From: Octopus vulgaris
Taxonomy: Eukaryota
Assembly: GCA_951406725.2 (NCBI GenBank)
Contig: OX597819.1
Coordinates: 83,328,001-83,392,000, forward strand
Direction: 5' to 3'
Length of the DNA: 64,000 bases
Made by a program: the position numbers and the translations under genes. This document shows, piece by piece, positions 26,096 through 40,047 of the stretch (position 1 is the first letter of the stretch; each line of letters begins with the position of its first letter). The notes beneath the pieces are model-generated. The model was given only the letters and a program-made list of their open reading frames with translations. It made no database searches and had not been told where the DNA came from.

Positions 26096-26464
26096 GCAAG
26101 GCAAGAGTGATTCCATCTCATATAATAAAAGTTCACTAGAAACATTAATGTTCGAGTGAACTGTGATTATATAGGATGGAAACAAAGATAATCACTTAGA
26201 ACTGTCTATTCTCTGAGGCTTTGAGCAAATATAACATATTATACATTTGTGCCTCCAGAGGAAAAGAAGAACTACATGTATTGGCAACAAAGAGATTGGG
26301 AAAATAGAGGACACCAAAAGTATTAAAATTTGAACCTAGTGAGGTGCTTGATACTGTTTTGGTGGGTGTGTTTTAGCGACTGCAGTGAACCATTGTAAAA
26401 GGTTATGATAAGAGCAATAATAAACTACTTAACAACACAGAAAGCATCTTCTCTGATTACTGCA

Positions 26465-26505
<41 letters not shown>

Positions 26506-27192
26506 TATATATATGAAGAAATATTTCTAAAACCAACATTGATCCGAGCTGAATATTTTTCATAAAAACAAAGCTTGAATACATCTTTATAAAAAACAGA
26601 CAGGAAGTAAAAATTTACAACTCTAAAGCATAAATAATAAATGCTGCATATCAATACTTGTTTGTACGCTAGTGTGACCAAGAAATATAACCTCCGAGCA
26701 AGTCAAAGATATACAGGAAAGTATAGAAATAAAATAAGTAAGTATGTTCTGTTGGATGTGTATGAACAGTGTGCATGAAAGACAAGGCACAAGTGAGCTG
26801 AGAGAAAAATAGGTTAAAGAAAAGCTGTATTGGTATGGACATCTGATCTGTATGAAGAATGACATTTGGGTGAATCAGGCTCAAGCAATCCAAGTTGAAA
26901 GAGTTTAAGGAAAAAGAAATTATAAGAAGAAATGATGAAAGTTTATCTCAAGATATTCAGTCTAATAAAAGAAGTGACAGATGATTGCAACAAATAGTGT
27001 ATCACTGAATTGGGACAGACCTGGTTAATTCATGCCAGAATAAAACAATATTTCTGACTGAAAATGCATGGATGATGGTATTTCAGCTGAAAATGTGAAT
27101 CTAAGTATTGTAATGCATTCAGTTTGGCCTTCTATTGTTAATATCTAATTAAAGAAAAAAATTTTTAAATACTTTAATAGTGTACAAAAATA

Positions 27193-27198
27193 TTTATT
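27193..27198 (-). promoter_or_regulatory. Candidate polyadenylation signal (AATAAA) of GPATCH3
   Basis: First AATAAA on the minus strand, ~35 nt after the stop. The AT-rich context makes it weak. Confidence 0.35.
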
Positions 27199-27232
27199 TC
27201 AATATAAAAATAACTATAATTAAATATTCAGA

Positions 27233-27401
27233 TTATTTTCTTCTTTTAAGTTGATAAGGTTCATTTCTTCTAAGTAGGGTCTCTTCAGGATCTGTGATCG
27301 ACGGATTATCATATATAGTTGAAATAAATGGAATATCACAGTCATATTCTTCTCGTTTGCTCATATACCATTGTTTTTTAGACAGTTGTGACTTACGAAA
27401 C
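27233..27401 (-). CDS. GPATCH3: GPATCH3 coding exon 5 (stop)
   Basis: GFRKSQ...FISTIYDNPSITDPEETLLRRNEPYQLKRRK* matches GPATCH3 ISTIYD.P...E.LLRR. A polypyrimidine tract and cag| acceptor precede it. Total CDS is 1821 nt = 606 aa plus stop. Confidence 0.92.
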
Positions 27402-28091
27402 CTGAAAAAGAACAAAAACAAAATTGTGTAATAGGGAAAAATTACTAAAGATGCAACATACACAAAGAACTTTCAGTTAACAATCAATAATTATATGCTG
27501 AATAGTAAACAAGAAGTTTAGAAAATAATAAAGATTGCAAATTGATGCATTCTTCTTTAAATGATTTCATTTTACAGCCTGATCCTGAAAAATATCTACT
27601 GTGTCCTTAAATAAAGCTGATGGAAGGAACAGAGATAGTAATGTGCTGAACTAAATAGATTACAGTACATTATATCACTCCTCCAAGCTCAAATTTCACA
27701 GAAGCCAACATTTACTTTTCATATTTTGGGGATCAGCAAAATATGTACCAGCAATGCAGCAGAGTTGATGCAATTAATTTTACATTTCCCTAAAATACTA
27801 ATCTTGTAACTTAAGTAAAATAAATTATTTACTAAATTTAATTATTAATTAGAGACCCAAACATAGCACCTTTCTTAGCTACATTTGACATGTGTTTTCT
27901 TTTTTCAACTTTGCCTTTAAATCTCTTCTTCCGTCTACATTGTAGCATGCACTGCTTCAACTCCACCATTCATGATCTCAACATGTCTTATATCTATTCA
28001 CTATTTAATTTGATCTGGATATGATTTCAGACAAAAAAACCAAGAAGCATATTTCTCAGAACCAGTGAAGAAGTGAAACTCTTTAACATAC

Positions 28092-28401
28092 CCAATACCA
28101 GACTTGTTGTAGGGATTTTTCCCAAAATTCTCAAGGGCTTCTGCCATTCCAGAAGAAGTGGTTCCAAGTCCTTCGCCTTCTTTCCAGCCAAGCTGTTCCA
28201 TTATTTTACGTCCAAAACCTCTTGTATGTTTTTCAAATTTACCAATTTTTAAATCAACACTGTCTTTATAGCCTGTATCTTCAGAAAGTCTATTTTTCTG
28301 TCTCATGGCTATGAAGTCTCGCCCATCCATGTCCTCAGAGCCTGGTTCATAATAACCACGCATGTCAACATCCCAGTCATCAGCAGTTTGTTCATCAAAA
28401 T
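28092..28401 (-). CDS. GPATCH3: GPATCH3 coding exon 4 (G-patch domain)
   Basis: DFDEQTADDWDVDM...FEKHTRGFGRKIMEQLGWKEGEGLG...KSGIG is a canonical G-patch. Acceptor is ttttag|, donor is GG|GTATGT; 310 nt, phase 1-2. Confidence 0.96.
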
Positions 28402-28824
28402 CTAAAATCAAATTGAATACAAAATTTCAAAGATTTTGAAAATTATGACAAAAATATTTCATAAAATATATCCTGATAAATGCTTCTCTAAATAAATAAA
28501 AACTTCTCTTATGCAATATCTGATATGTTCTTTATCAGTAAACAACTAGATAGATGTACAGTTAATAAGAAAAATAAAATAGATGGGTATTTTAAATGAT
28601 GAAAACAATGCCACAAAACAATGATATATATATATTTAATTATTTATATTCTCCCTTCTATCTGTCACAGACTTACTCTTTCTCACTCCTATGTTTTTGT
28701 CTTTCTCCTGATGGTGGGCTGATATCTGAAACATTAAGGCATTTTCCCTTTCCATTAAAACTTTAATCTAATATCATATTTGTTAAACAATGTCCCTACT
28801 TTGTTGTCTTTTTTTATAGTTCAG

Positions 28825-29064
28825 CACGTAAAAAGCACCAACCAACCATGGCCGTTGCCAGCCTCCCCTGGCACCTGTGCCGGTGGCACGTAAAAAGCAC
28901 CCACTACACTCACAGAGTGGTTGGCGTTAGAAAGGGCATCCAGCCATAGAAACACTGTCAGATCAGACTGGAGCCTGGTGCAGCCTCCTGGCTTCACAGA
29001 CCCTGGTCAAACTGTCTAACCCATGCTAGTATGGAAAACGGACGTTAAACGATGATGATGATGA

Positions 29065-29068
<4 letters not shown>
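28825..29068 (+). mobile_element. Retroposon 3' fragment family C, (GAT)n tail
   Basis: gagtggttggcgttagaaagggcatccagcc...ggacgttaaacgatgatgatg; other copies at 35601, 51295 and 59868. Confidence 0.75.
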
Positions 29069-29106
<38 letters not shown>

Positions 29107-29539
29107 TATATAATTTCACACACCTTATATGCATATACCTGTGTATGTGTGCATGACTGTAAATACACAAATATGTAGATATGCATGTGTGTTACTACAT
29201 ATGTATGTAAATAACAGTTTCATGGGAAGAGAAAGTATCTTAACATTTCAGGTATCAGCCCTTCAGCAGAAGAAAGAGAAAAAGCATAGTGGGAGTAAGA
29301 AAGAGGAAAAGTTGGTGAGAGAGAGAATATATATATATCGCATTTAGTGGTCATATTTCCATCATTTAAACTACATTACCTCACTTCTGTTTTTGCTACT
29401 TGTTAACTATATATATATATATATCTTTTAAGTTGTTTACTTATGCATGTAAGTATTATTCATTGTATATTAAATATTATCATCATCAGTTTTTCCATGA
29501 ATGAATCAATTCAGCCACTCATCACCCATATTCTTGTCT

Positions 29540-29747
29540 ACTCTAGGCACAAGGCCCAAAATTTTGGGGGAAGGGGCCAGTCGATGAGATCAACTCTAGT
29601 ATGCAACTGGTACTTAATTTATTGATTCCAAAAGGATGAAACGCAAAGTTGACCTCTGCAAAATTTGAACTCAGAATGTAAAGACAGACAAAATACTGCT
29701 AAGTATTTCACCCAGCATGCTAATGTTTCTGCCAGCTCACTGCCTTA
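29540..29747 (-). mobile_element. SINE family A with TSD atcacccatat
   Basis: Core and B box on the minus strand; 11-bp direct repeat near both ends. Confidence 0.8.
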
Positions 29748-30446
29748 ATCACCCATATGGAGTACCCATGACCACACACACACTAACAACTAATTCCAGA
29801 TCTTCCCCTCTAAAGTTATTAACTCTCAATCCATGTTTTCCTTGCAGTCATCAAATTGCATCTACTGAAAAGAAATATCAGCCACATCGATCTCACAAGT
29901 CTAGAAGGACAACAAACGTAATGTTCACAGCCCCTTTTGACAGGCCAATACTTAATGAAACGAGCCAAAACATTTTAATTAATTAAAATTACACCGATAA
30001 GGAAGAGAAAAATAACCGTTAGCTTAATTATTAATTCTAGACAAGAAAGTCACGGGGAGACAACTTTGAAATCTAAATAAATATTGCACGGAGACATGCA
30101 GCTGGATGCAAGTTTAAGCTTGGTAAGTATGTTTTGGCTCATTACATTAAGTAGTGACCTATCAGAAGGGACTGTACCCATTACATTTGTAGCCCTTCTA
30201 GTCTTGTAAGATGAATGTGGCCAATATTTCTTTTCAACAGCTATAATTTGATCGCTGCTGCGAAAATACAGAAAGGGAGTGAATACCCATAGAGTAGACA
30301 CTGTGGAATTAGTTGTTAGTGTGTTTGGTCACGGGTAGTCAACAATAAGGGTGATGAGAGGCTGAGTTAATTCATTCATGGAAATCTACATGAAAATTGA
30401 TGATGACAACATTTAATACACAATACTTATACATATATATATATAC

Positions 30447-30573
<127 letters not shown>

Positions 30574-30809
30574 GATGTACTTGCATAGCGAGTGACTTGA
30601 TCTGAGATCGTGTGCTGGAACGAAAACAATTGCAGTGTGGAAGGTGTTTATAAGCCATTTAAGAAACACAAAAACAGTTATATATAAGTAAACAACTTAA
30701 AAGATAGATGCATAGTTAATAAGTAACAAAAAAGTGTATTTTAAATGAAAACAATATCACTAAATGCAGTCATATATACATATACTTTATCTCTATTTAT
30801 CTATCTATC

Positions 30810-30851
<42 letters not shown>

Positions 30852-31765
30852 ACCAACTATTCTTCTTTCTCACTTCCACTACGTTTTTTTCTCTTTCTTC
30901 TGATGAAAGGCTAATGCCTGAACTGTTAAGATACTTCCTCTTTCCATTAAACTGTTATTTATATACGTATGTAGTAACACACATTCATATCTACATATTT
31001 GCATAGTTACTGTCATGCACACACACACACATATAGTATATGAGTGTGTTTTGTATAAATACAATGAACAATAAAAAAAAAAAGACAACACAAGAGGGAC
31101 AAGGTTCAACAAATACGTTATTAGATTAAAGTTTTAATGGAAAAGGACATCAGCCCTCCATCAGAAAGAAGAAAGAGAAAAATATAAAAGGAGTGAGACA
31201 GAGTAAAAATCAGTGAGAGAAATTATATATTGCATGGGGACAAGCAGTTGGATGTGAGTTTAATCTTGGCAAGTATAGTCACCAACTCCTTCCACACTTT
31301 GCAAGGAAAGCTAAAAGGTATTGGTTGCAAATCTGCCTACTTAGTTCTACACCATATTGGGCACTAATCAATACCTTCAGAATGGCACTTTTTTCTCAAT
31401 TATATTCATAACAAGACATTCTAAAACTCCTATGTATGAATCAGAGTTACTGCCTCTAAACTGTTTATTAATATCATACTTATAGGTTCCTATAAGAATG
31501 ATATTGCATTTCGGCAAGGGTGTTGATGAAGTAAATCTATATTCTTTGCCAGCAGCTTCAGCAGCGAACTACATTCACCTCCTGGCTTTAAAGATTGTAT
31601 TTAATTCAGCTGACTCCAATGTTGTGCTACATTATCAATCAACCAAGAATATTCATAGAATTATTTACTATCCTTCAGTTATTCTATATTTTCAGTGAGC
31701 TTTTACTTGGGTTTATCATGAAATATTGCAATTCCGTTAAAGTTTATAATCAATATCATTATGGT

Positions 31766-31828
<63 letters not shown>

Positions 31829-32624
31829 CTATCTCTTTCTTTCTTTCTCTCCCTAAACTGATTTACATAGGTTAGCCAATATTTGAACAATGTGTCCTTA
31901 CTAAGCTGAGACCCTATTCAAATTCAAGAAGATGCTAAGTAATACCAATAAATTTGGGATACCCTTTGCCATACAAAGAATAAAATATGGCCTTCAAGCT
32001 ATTGCCCTTTGAGCTAAAAGGGCAATAGCTTAAAGGACCCATTTTATTCTATGCCCAATTGCCCAAATGTGTATAGTTATATTTCCTACATTAACTGACA
32101 AAGGCCTTTCATATCTAACTGCTTTCTCAACTCACTGCAGTTCTACACTGGTCAACCTAGATATTCAAAAAAGCCTAATGAGTATCTGCATCTTTGCTTC
32201 TTATAGTTTTTCTTTTCCTCTTGATTTTATTGCAAATTTCTTCAATATTATATAATGAGAGATAGAACATCAAACATTCCCAAGAACATTTAGTCCTGAA
32301 CTCTTCAGGGCTTAGGATAAAGAGAAGAAACTGAGAGTAGGGTTCACATTTCCAAGCTTTCAGTACATTTCTAAGCTTTCAGTATCCATATGCATAAACT
32401 GAGTCATTATCATGAATTATACATCCACCCTTAATATTTTTATTGCTCAACAAAACCACTGAGTTTGGTATACTGCCTTCTTTAACAAATAAATGCAACA
32501 TAAATTGTTTTGATTTTAGTTTAGAGCTTCTCTTGCAGTTATTTTCACTAAAGATGAGTAAAATACAGAGAGATAGATGTAATGAGGCTTTTTTTTTTAC
32601 AAAGCTTATGAATATATAGTGTAT

Positions 32625-32975
32625 TTACTGTATTGAAGCATGATAACTAAATAATAATGAAATTATTGTATACAGTCCTCAGGTGCACCACAACTTGTCA
32701 AAAGTGCATATAAAGCATATGCAGTAATGTACAAATGTCTGGAAAGTGAACAGTATATGAGTCAGATACATGCTTGCATGTGTATGGAGGGGAGAAAATC
32801 GGGTGCAGTGTTGGCGAATCTCAGGAAGCATGGAAGTTTTGAATGATGCAGTGCTCCGACAACTAACAACTGATGCCGTGAAAAAATGTTTCCGAAAGTC
32901 ATGGGAGCTGTGCTGTTTTCTGACTTTGTAAACATGTCCACGGGTGTTAGACAGGTGGAGTTTGAAAAGGTGCTA
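32625..32975 (-). mobile_element. CR1-clade LINE 3' end
   Basis: Reverse complement encodes LFKLHLSNTRGHVYKVRKQHSSHDFRKHFF..SVVS..S.ASFK, a CR1 ORF2 C-terminus, followed by a 3' UTR. Confidence 0.7.
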
Positions 32976-33274
32976 AAATTAAATTTACAATCAATAAATA
33001 TATATATATATGTATGAGTTATAACATAATTATGAAGATTGTGTGGTGTCCATGAACAAAGTATACCACTCTACATACTTCTATTTATCTAATGGTAAAA
33101 TAGATAGTAAATCCATTCCATAATAGAACAGGTAATAAACATCAAGTCATAAAAATATCTACTCTAATAGTGTGTGCATTTTTTTGTTTTTGCATACCTA
33201 TGCAGGTGTTTATAAAATCAGTGATGCACATTCTTCTTCTTAATATTATTATTAAAATTATATATTTTTGCTCT

Positions 33275-33680
33275 AAGGTGGCAAGCTGGCAAAATTGTTA
33301 GCACATCAGGTAAAATACTTAGTGACATTTCATTCATTGTTACATTCCAAGTTCAAAATCTGCCAAGGTCAACTTTGCCTTTCAATCTTTCAAGGTCAAT
33401 AGAATAAGAACCTGTTCAACACTGGGGTCAATGTAATTGATTTATCCCCACCCTCCGAACTTGCTGGCCTTGTGCCAAAATTTGAAATCATTACAGTAGT
33501 GAGCTGGCAGAATTGTTAGCATGTCAGGCAAAATGCTTAGCAGCATTTCTTACATCTTTACATTCTGAGTTCAAATTCCAGAGGTTGATTTTGCCTTCCA
33601 TCCTTTTGGAGTTGATAAATGTAATTGACTAGCCCTCTCCCCCCAAAATTATAGGCCTTGTGCCTTTAGTAGAAAGGATT
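33275..33680 (+). mobile_element. Two tandem SINE family A copies
   Basis: Two heads (33275, 33500), each with gttcaaa B box and ggccttgtgcc tail. Confidence 0.75.
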
Positions 33681-33796
33681 ATTATTATTATTATATGTAG
33701 TATTTTATAAACAAGTTGAATAACTGGGGAAGAAAAAGAAGTAAACTTATATTTATATTGCAAGGAAAATATGAAATAAAAAAATCTTGCCCTTAC

Positions 33797-34807
33797 CACC
33801 TTCCTCTTGTTGCCAATACTGAGCATCAGTGTAAAAGACCAAACCACTACCACCTTTCTCCCATTTCAGTTCAATATCATCTTCAAACAATCGTTCTTTG
33901 TTTCGTTCTTGGCCACTTGGATCATCATGCAATGCTTCATGGCGTTCCCACTCTTCACAATAATCAGCATCTTCTTCAGAATAATCAGAACCACGATCAA
34001 ACTCAATCATTTTTTCTTCAATATTCAAAGCCATTTTTCTCTTCATTTCAGCGATATTTTGTTTTCTCCTGGCTTTTTCCTCCATTTTCAACCGCCTTTT
34101 TTCTGAAACATCAGTTTTTTGTGATATTTTAACATCATTTTTCTCCAATTTATCACAAACTATCCTACCATTTGAGTGTGGAAGGTGGATCTGAATTTTA
34201 TGAGAGCTATGAGGGTTTGCACCAAAATGAAGATTCTCAGAGGTAGTTAAAGAAATGTCAGTACCATTTTCTCTGCTTTCATTATTAGCAGATACACCTA
34301 AATGACAGCTGGTGCTAGCATCAATATTTGCATCAGTTCTTAGACTATCATTACAACTTCTACTACTATCATCATCAACAGTAGTATTAGTTGTAGTAGT
34401 AGTTGCTTCATTTGTATTTTCTTTTTGTCTTTTACTGAATTGATTTTTTATAAGATTTAATTTCCTTTTGGAAAGATTTTTCTGAAAATTTTCATTTCTT
34501 GAGCCTGTTTCAAGAGTGTTACCAGAACTAGGAAGACACTGTATATCATAGTCACATGGAACACGTCCATATATGTTGTTATAAGTTACTTTAGGAAATT
34601 CAAGTTGCAATTTACTGATAATCCTTGGTGGTAATTTGCATTGATTGATTAATTCTAAGAAAACATAAGTTGGAGTGCCTACATTTCCTTTTGGCATAAC
34701 AGTAGGTGCATGGAGTTCAGGAAGGTTTTCAAGGTCAGTCTTTGTAAATACTTCGCGATCTTCAGGAATTTGAGTTTGTTCCTCTCTGGTTTTGTATGGA
34801 ATCTGGT
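33797..34807 (-). CDS. GPATCH3: GPATCH3 coding exon 3
   Basis: Contains LPELHAPTVMPKGNVGTP..VFLELI..CKLPPRII.KLQLEFPK and EEWERHEALHDD..GQER..E.LFE..IELKWEKGGSGLVFYTDAQYWQ. Acceptor is ttttcag|, donor is G|GTAAGG; 1011 nt, phase 1-1. Confidence 0.95.
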
Positions 34808-35600
34808 CTGAAAATACCAAAAGAATAAGTCTTTGTATAATACAAGGATCCAAAGGTTAGAAAGAAAGATATTACATTCAATTTTCATAGATTCTTAATG
34901 AAAAAGAACTCTTTATTCAGTTAAAATTAGTTTTATCTGTACTTTCATTTTGTATTTTATTAATTCACTATTCATCCTGCCACATGAGGGTAAAAAATAA
35001 TTTTCAAAACAGTCAAACACAAAGGAGACATTATATGACAATCTCAAGGTTTTGTATGTGGGTCAACATAATAACCAGCCAGGCTGGACATTAAAAAAAC
35101 TCTACTACACATACACACATATAGCACATTTTAAGGTTAGATACTCTCACTATGCATATATCATGCATTTTTACAGATCATGGGAGAACATCTACAGTCA
35201 TTAAATCTTGACTACAAACACAATCAAATTTCTTCTAGCTGATCTGATTTCAGGACATCAATTGTACTTGATCAGTCTCTGGATGAGTGAATTGAGACAT
35301 CAAGAGTTAAGTAGCCATATCAGAAATATAAAGAAGAACCTCTATGAGTTAGCTGTTGAATACCTTATTTCATCATTTGCTCAAGTAGCATATTAATTTT
35401 ATACAGAGCAGTGGATATGTCTGTTTAATAGTGTGCCATAATAAATACAATAGTATTTCATTTTCTTCTTCTCAGTTCTAAATTCAAATCTTGCCAGAAA
35501 CCACTTTCTCATTAATGTACTGATGTCAGGTAAATTATCTACACTGCTTCTCCTATAGAAATTGGTTTCATATCTATGTACACAACCAATATTCTAATTC

Positions 35601-35737
35601 ATCATCATCATCGTTTAACGTCCGCTTTCCATGCTAGCATGGGTTGGACGATTTTGACTGAGGGCTGGCGAACCAGATGGCTGCACCAGGCTCCAATCTT
35701 GATTTGGCAGAGTTTCTACAGCTGGATGCCCTTCCTC
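35601..35737 (-). mobile_element. Retroposon 3' fragment family C
   Basis: (cat)n cgtttaacgtccgctttccatgctagcatggg. Confidence 0.75.
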
Positions 35738-35910
35738 AAGATGAAAAGCTGATAGTTAAACAATAAGTAATGTAACTGTAATTTTTATTCAACATAAATC
35801 AACTATTTATTTTTCAAGCTAAAAACTAATGCAATCTTTTTCTAACGTATTAAGATCTTTGCCTCTAACACCCAGGTACTTTCATTTCACTTCATAGTTT
35901 CTAAACTTAC

Positions 35911-36072
35911 CTTGAGACTGACAAGAGAAACGTATTTTTCTGATATGACACTGTGACTTCATTGATTCGCCTTTTTCATTAATCCAATGACGTTCATTAT
36001 AGTCAAAAAGGTCCTCAAATCTTGCTTCAGGAACACGAATTACACAGCAGCATGAGGAAAGAGATTTATTAT
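35911..36072 (-). CDS. GPATCH3: GPATCH3 coding exon 2
   Basis: DNKSLSSCCCVIRVPEARFEDLFDYNERHWINEKGESMKSQCHIRKIRFSCQSQ matches GPATCH3 CCCVI...Y..R.W....G....C.IR. Acceptor is tttttag|, donor is AAG|GTAAGT; 162 nt, phase 1-1. Confidence 0.93.
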
Positions 36073-39010
36073 CTAAAAACAAAAAAAAGTGGTTTTTCAA
36101 ACAAAACATCGCTTAAGCATAACAATCTCTGTATATTTGCTTCGTAAATCTATTTATAGCTGGTAAAATAACACCTGAAAAGAAGTTGGAAATCTCAACA
36201 TAAAACAGAAGGATACTCTAAACAAGGCCATGATTATCAAAGAAGAGAAGGATATATTTAAATGCTAATTTGTCATAAGACAAGATAATTATGAATTATT
36301 ATAATGCTACTAAGGATTCAGGAATATGTAGAAGAAATATTCATAGGGATAACAACAATGATAACATATTTTTTCCTTTTACTTCCTACACACCAACAGA
36401 ATATAGATTTCTTTTGATTCTATTGGAAGAATAAAGTAATAATGATTACACAGTACATGGTTTGTAGGTACAGCTTATCATTCAAACAACACCAACACTT
36501 TTGAAATGAAACAGCCATTTTGGATCATGCTTGGAATACATAGAGAGTAAAGTCTTTACAAGGCAGGAAGGACTACCGAGACATAAGATGTAGCCCTATG
36601 TTTTATAGGATATATATATTAATAGCTACTGAAGTAAAGTTGAGATAAAAACATATAAAAGCTCCCTTTTAATCTTTGTTACATCTGAAGAGGAGAAGTA
36701 TGAACCATACTCAATCAGATCATTCTCAGATGAGGAACTTAAAGAAAATATATTTATATCCATGTGTATTTAATCTACCTGTGAAATTAGTTCCATGAAG
36801 GCACTTATCAGCAGCTCGGAAGAGTTATCAAACCAATTGGTTTCACAACTCAACAAGATTTACTGACCCCCTCCCTCTCAAACTACCAATGAAGGCTATT
36901 TAAAAAAGGAACAAATATGTAAGTACAAATTCATTTACATATTGTTACAAGTTTGATAGTTGCAAACTATCAAAAAAAAAAACCTTCATAGGCAAAATTT
37001 CACAGCGGGTCTAAATAAAGTTATGAGTTCATATATTTATTTAATGTCAATGTAGCTTGGTAAGAGAGAAAGACAAGCTCCAGTAAGCTGACTTGCTGGA
37101 AGTACACTAATGAAAAAAAATCTTAGCGGAAACAGGTAGTACCATGTATGAAGCTTTATAGGTATTAAGAGCAAAGTCTTGACAGGTTGCAAAGTAACAA
37201 ATTTGAGAAGACATGCAAGTATTGTCATTGAGAAGAAATTAGGAAAGCAATACTGACTAAAGGGAATGGGAATAAAACTGAAATGAGTAAATTTTGATTA
37301 GGACTAAGAGAGCTGGTTGTATGCTATAACAAAACATCTTTAACTTTTTTCAACAATACTTTTGCAGTAGTGTGTATGGTTGTAAGTAGCTATAAATATG
37401 CTGGTGCTGATTCTTATGTGATCCAGATAATAAATTATCTTTTAAATCAAAGTAGCAGTGAAGAAAGGATATTATAATGATACATTTCCATACAAACATA
37501 TGAAACCAAAATTTAATCAGCAATAAAATAATAGATTCCAAAGAAACTAGATATGTTCTGCATCAGCAATAAAATTCAACAATTTGTGTAATGCATTAGC
37601 ATGGCTGTGCAGTTAAGAAGTTTGTATCCTAATCACATAATTTCCTGTTCAGCCCTACTGTATCAAAGCTGAAGCAAGTTTCTTCTATTATAATCCCAGA
37701 CCAACCAAAACATTACGAGTTGAGTTGACAGATGGAAGCTGGAAGAAATTCCATTAAAAAATGTGAATTGTATACATTCCCAAATTTCAAATCCCAACAA
37801 ATATAAGGAAGAAACGATTATTTCCTTACTAATAACAGTCTGCAAGGGGAAGATGTGTATACATGTGTGTGGAAATGATATGTGTGTATGTGAGTGAGTA
37901 ACCTTGTCTTGACATCACAGTGTTGTAAACAAGTATTACTGTCATAGAAGCAGTGTCATTTGTTTCTAGTTGCCTGTGAGATATATCTGACCATGAGTAA
38001 ATATTACTTTGCTTGGGAAAAAGGTCAAGGTTATTGAAAGGAAGGGCACCTGGCAGAAGAAAATCTACTATTACAGATTCTGTCCAGCCCATGAAAGCAT
38101 AGAAAAGTAGACATTAAAACAATACTGGCAATGATGAGTGTAATATGTTTTATGCCATGAAGAAGTATGTCTTGGACAGAGAGAGAGAGAGAGAAAGAGG
38201 TCTTATATCTAAGCTGCAAAAATGTGAATGGTCAACTGTCAATCAGTTGATTTTTGCTAAGTTGTAAGTTGAAAACATAAACAAAATAAAGGTAATCTTA
38301 AATTTTAACATGTGTATCCTAACTTTCATCCATTTTATTAGTCTTATGATTAGCAGTCTATATTAGTCATTTCTGTAGGTGGAAATTATTGATAAATGAA
38401 GAAGCAGAGGCATAAAATTAGAAACTCATAGTCAGAAATCTTGCAGTGTGGGCTCTATTTAATTTCATATTTCTAGTTCATTTTTAACTATTATACTTGG
38501 TGCTAATCAGTTTCATTCTTTTATTAGTTTTGAAAATTCATTTTTTAATGTGCATGAACAGGATTTTTTTCTTTTTCTGATCACAAATATTTGATATCAG
38601 TTTACTTGTGTTTATATTCTGTAGGAGCAATCTTTTGTCTTAAATACATATATCTGCAGGACTGAAAGTGAAACTAATCAATCTGGGAAAATACAAAAAT
38701 AGACTTGCATTTACTGAGTGAATGGAACAATACTTAAATGTCATTTATTAAATCATTTATTTACTAACCTATTAGTTTTTTTTTTTATATTTATTTATTA
38801 AAATAGTTAATTATTTTAATAGTAACACTTGTTTCAACTTTAAAGACAAAGTTGTTGAAGTATCTTCAGAAGGCCTACAAATAAAATAATAACCATACTG
38901 TCACAATTCTATAAACACGTTACAAATTGGTTATGTGAAGAATAATTTTAATAGGAAGGATTGCCAGAAAAATATACTAACCCCTAAACAACAATAATAA
39001 TAATAATAAT

Positions 39011-39708
39011 AATCCTTTCTACTAAAGGCACAATGCATGAAATTTTGTGGTAAAGGCTAATCAATTACATTGACCCCAGAGCTAAATTGGTACTTATTTG
39101 ATCAACCCTGAAAGGATGAAAGGCAAAAATCAACCTAAGCATAATTTGAACTCAGAACATAAAGATGGATAAAATGTCACTTGGTATTTTTCCCATTGTG
39201 CTAACGATTCTGGGAGCTCTCCACCTTAATAATAATAATAAAAATCCTTTCTGCTATAGACACAAGACCTAAAAGTATGGAGGAGGAGGTTAGTCGATTA
39301 CATCAACCACAGTGCATAACTGGTGCTTATTTCATTGACCCTGAGAGGATGAAAGGCAAAGTCAACCTTGGCAGAATTTGAACTCAAAATGTATGGATGG
39401 TCAAAATACTGCTAAGCACTTTGCCCAGGGTGCTAACGATTCTGACAGCTCACTGCCTTAATAATAGTAATAATAATAATAATAATAATAATAGTTTCAA
39501 ATTTTGCCATGAGGACAGCAATTTTGGGTGAGAGGATAAGTCAATGACATCGATCCCAGTACTCAACTGGTACTTATTTTATTGACCTCCGAAAGGATGA
39601 AAGGCAAAGTTAACCTCAGAGAAATTTGAACTCAGAACATAAAGATGGACTAAATGCCATTAAACATTTTGACTGGCATGCTAACAATTCTGCCAGTTCG
39701 CCACCTTA
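39011..39708 (-). mobile_element. Three head-to-tail SINE family A copies separated by (TAA)n
   Basis: Units at 39011-39228, 39243-39461 and 39493-39708. Confidence 0.8.
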
Positions 39709-40047
39709 ACAATATTTGAAAAAAAAACAACACAACAACAACAATAATGATAATAATAATAAAATTGGAAGTATTCCTAAGAAATTACAAAAATAAATCT
39801 GAAAAGATTTAACCAAAGAGAATATCAAATTACTATATTTCCATTTAATAAGTGACTTTTTTAAGCATTTGTATATTTGTTCCACTTACTTGGGAAACCA
39901 AGTGACACTCTTTTATTTTAGGTACATATATTTCCAAGACTAAAAATGAAGCTAAAGAATTAATAACACTGTGTAATTTTTTTTTTGTTTTATCATTACA
40001 TTATTTTCTATTTGCTTCTATCTAGAAATCAAAGGAAATGATTATTA

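Noticed and set aside
36952-36982. 10-bp hairpin plus A-tract resembling an intrinsic terminator
   Set aside because: It lies in a eukaryotic intron, and such AT-rich hairpins arise by chance.
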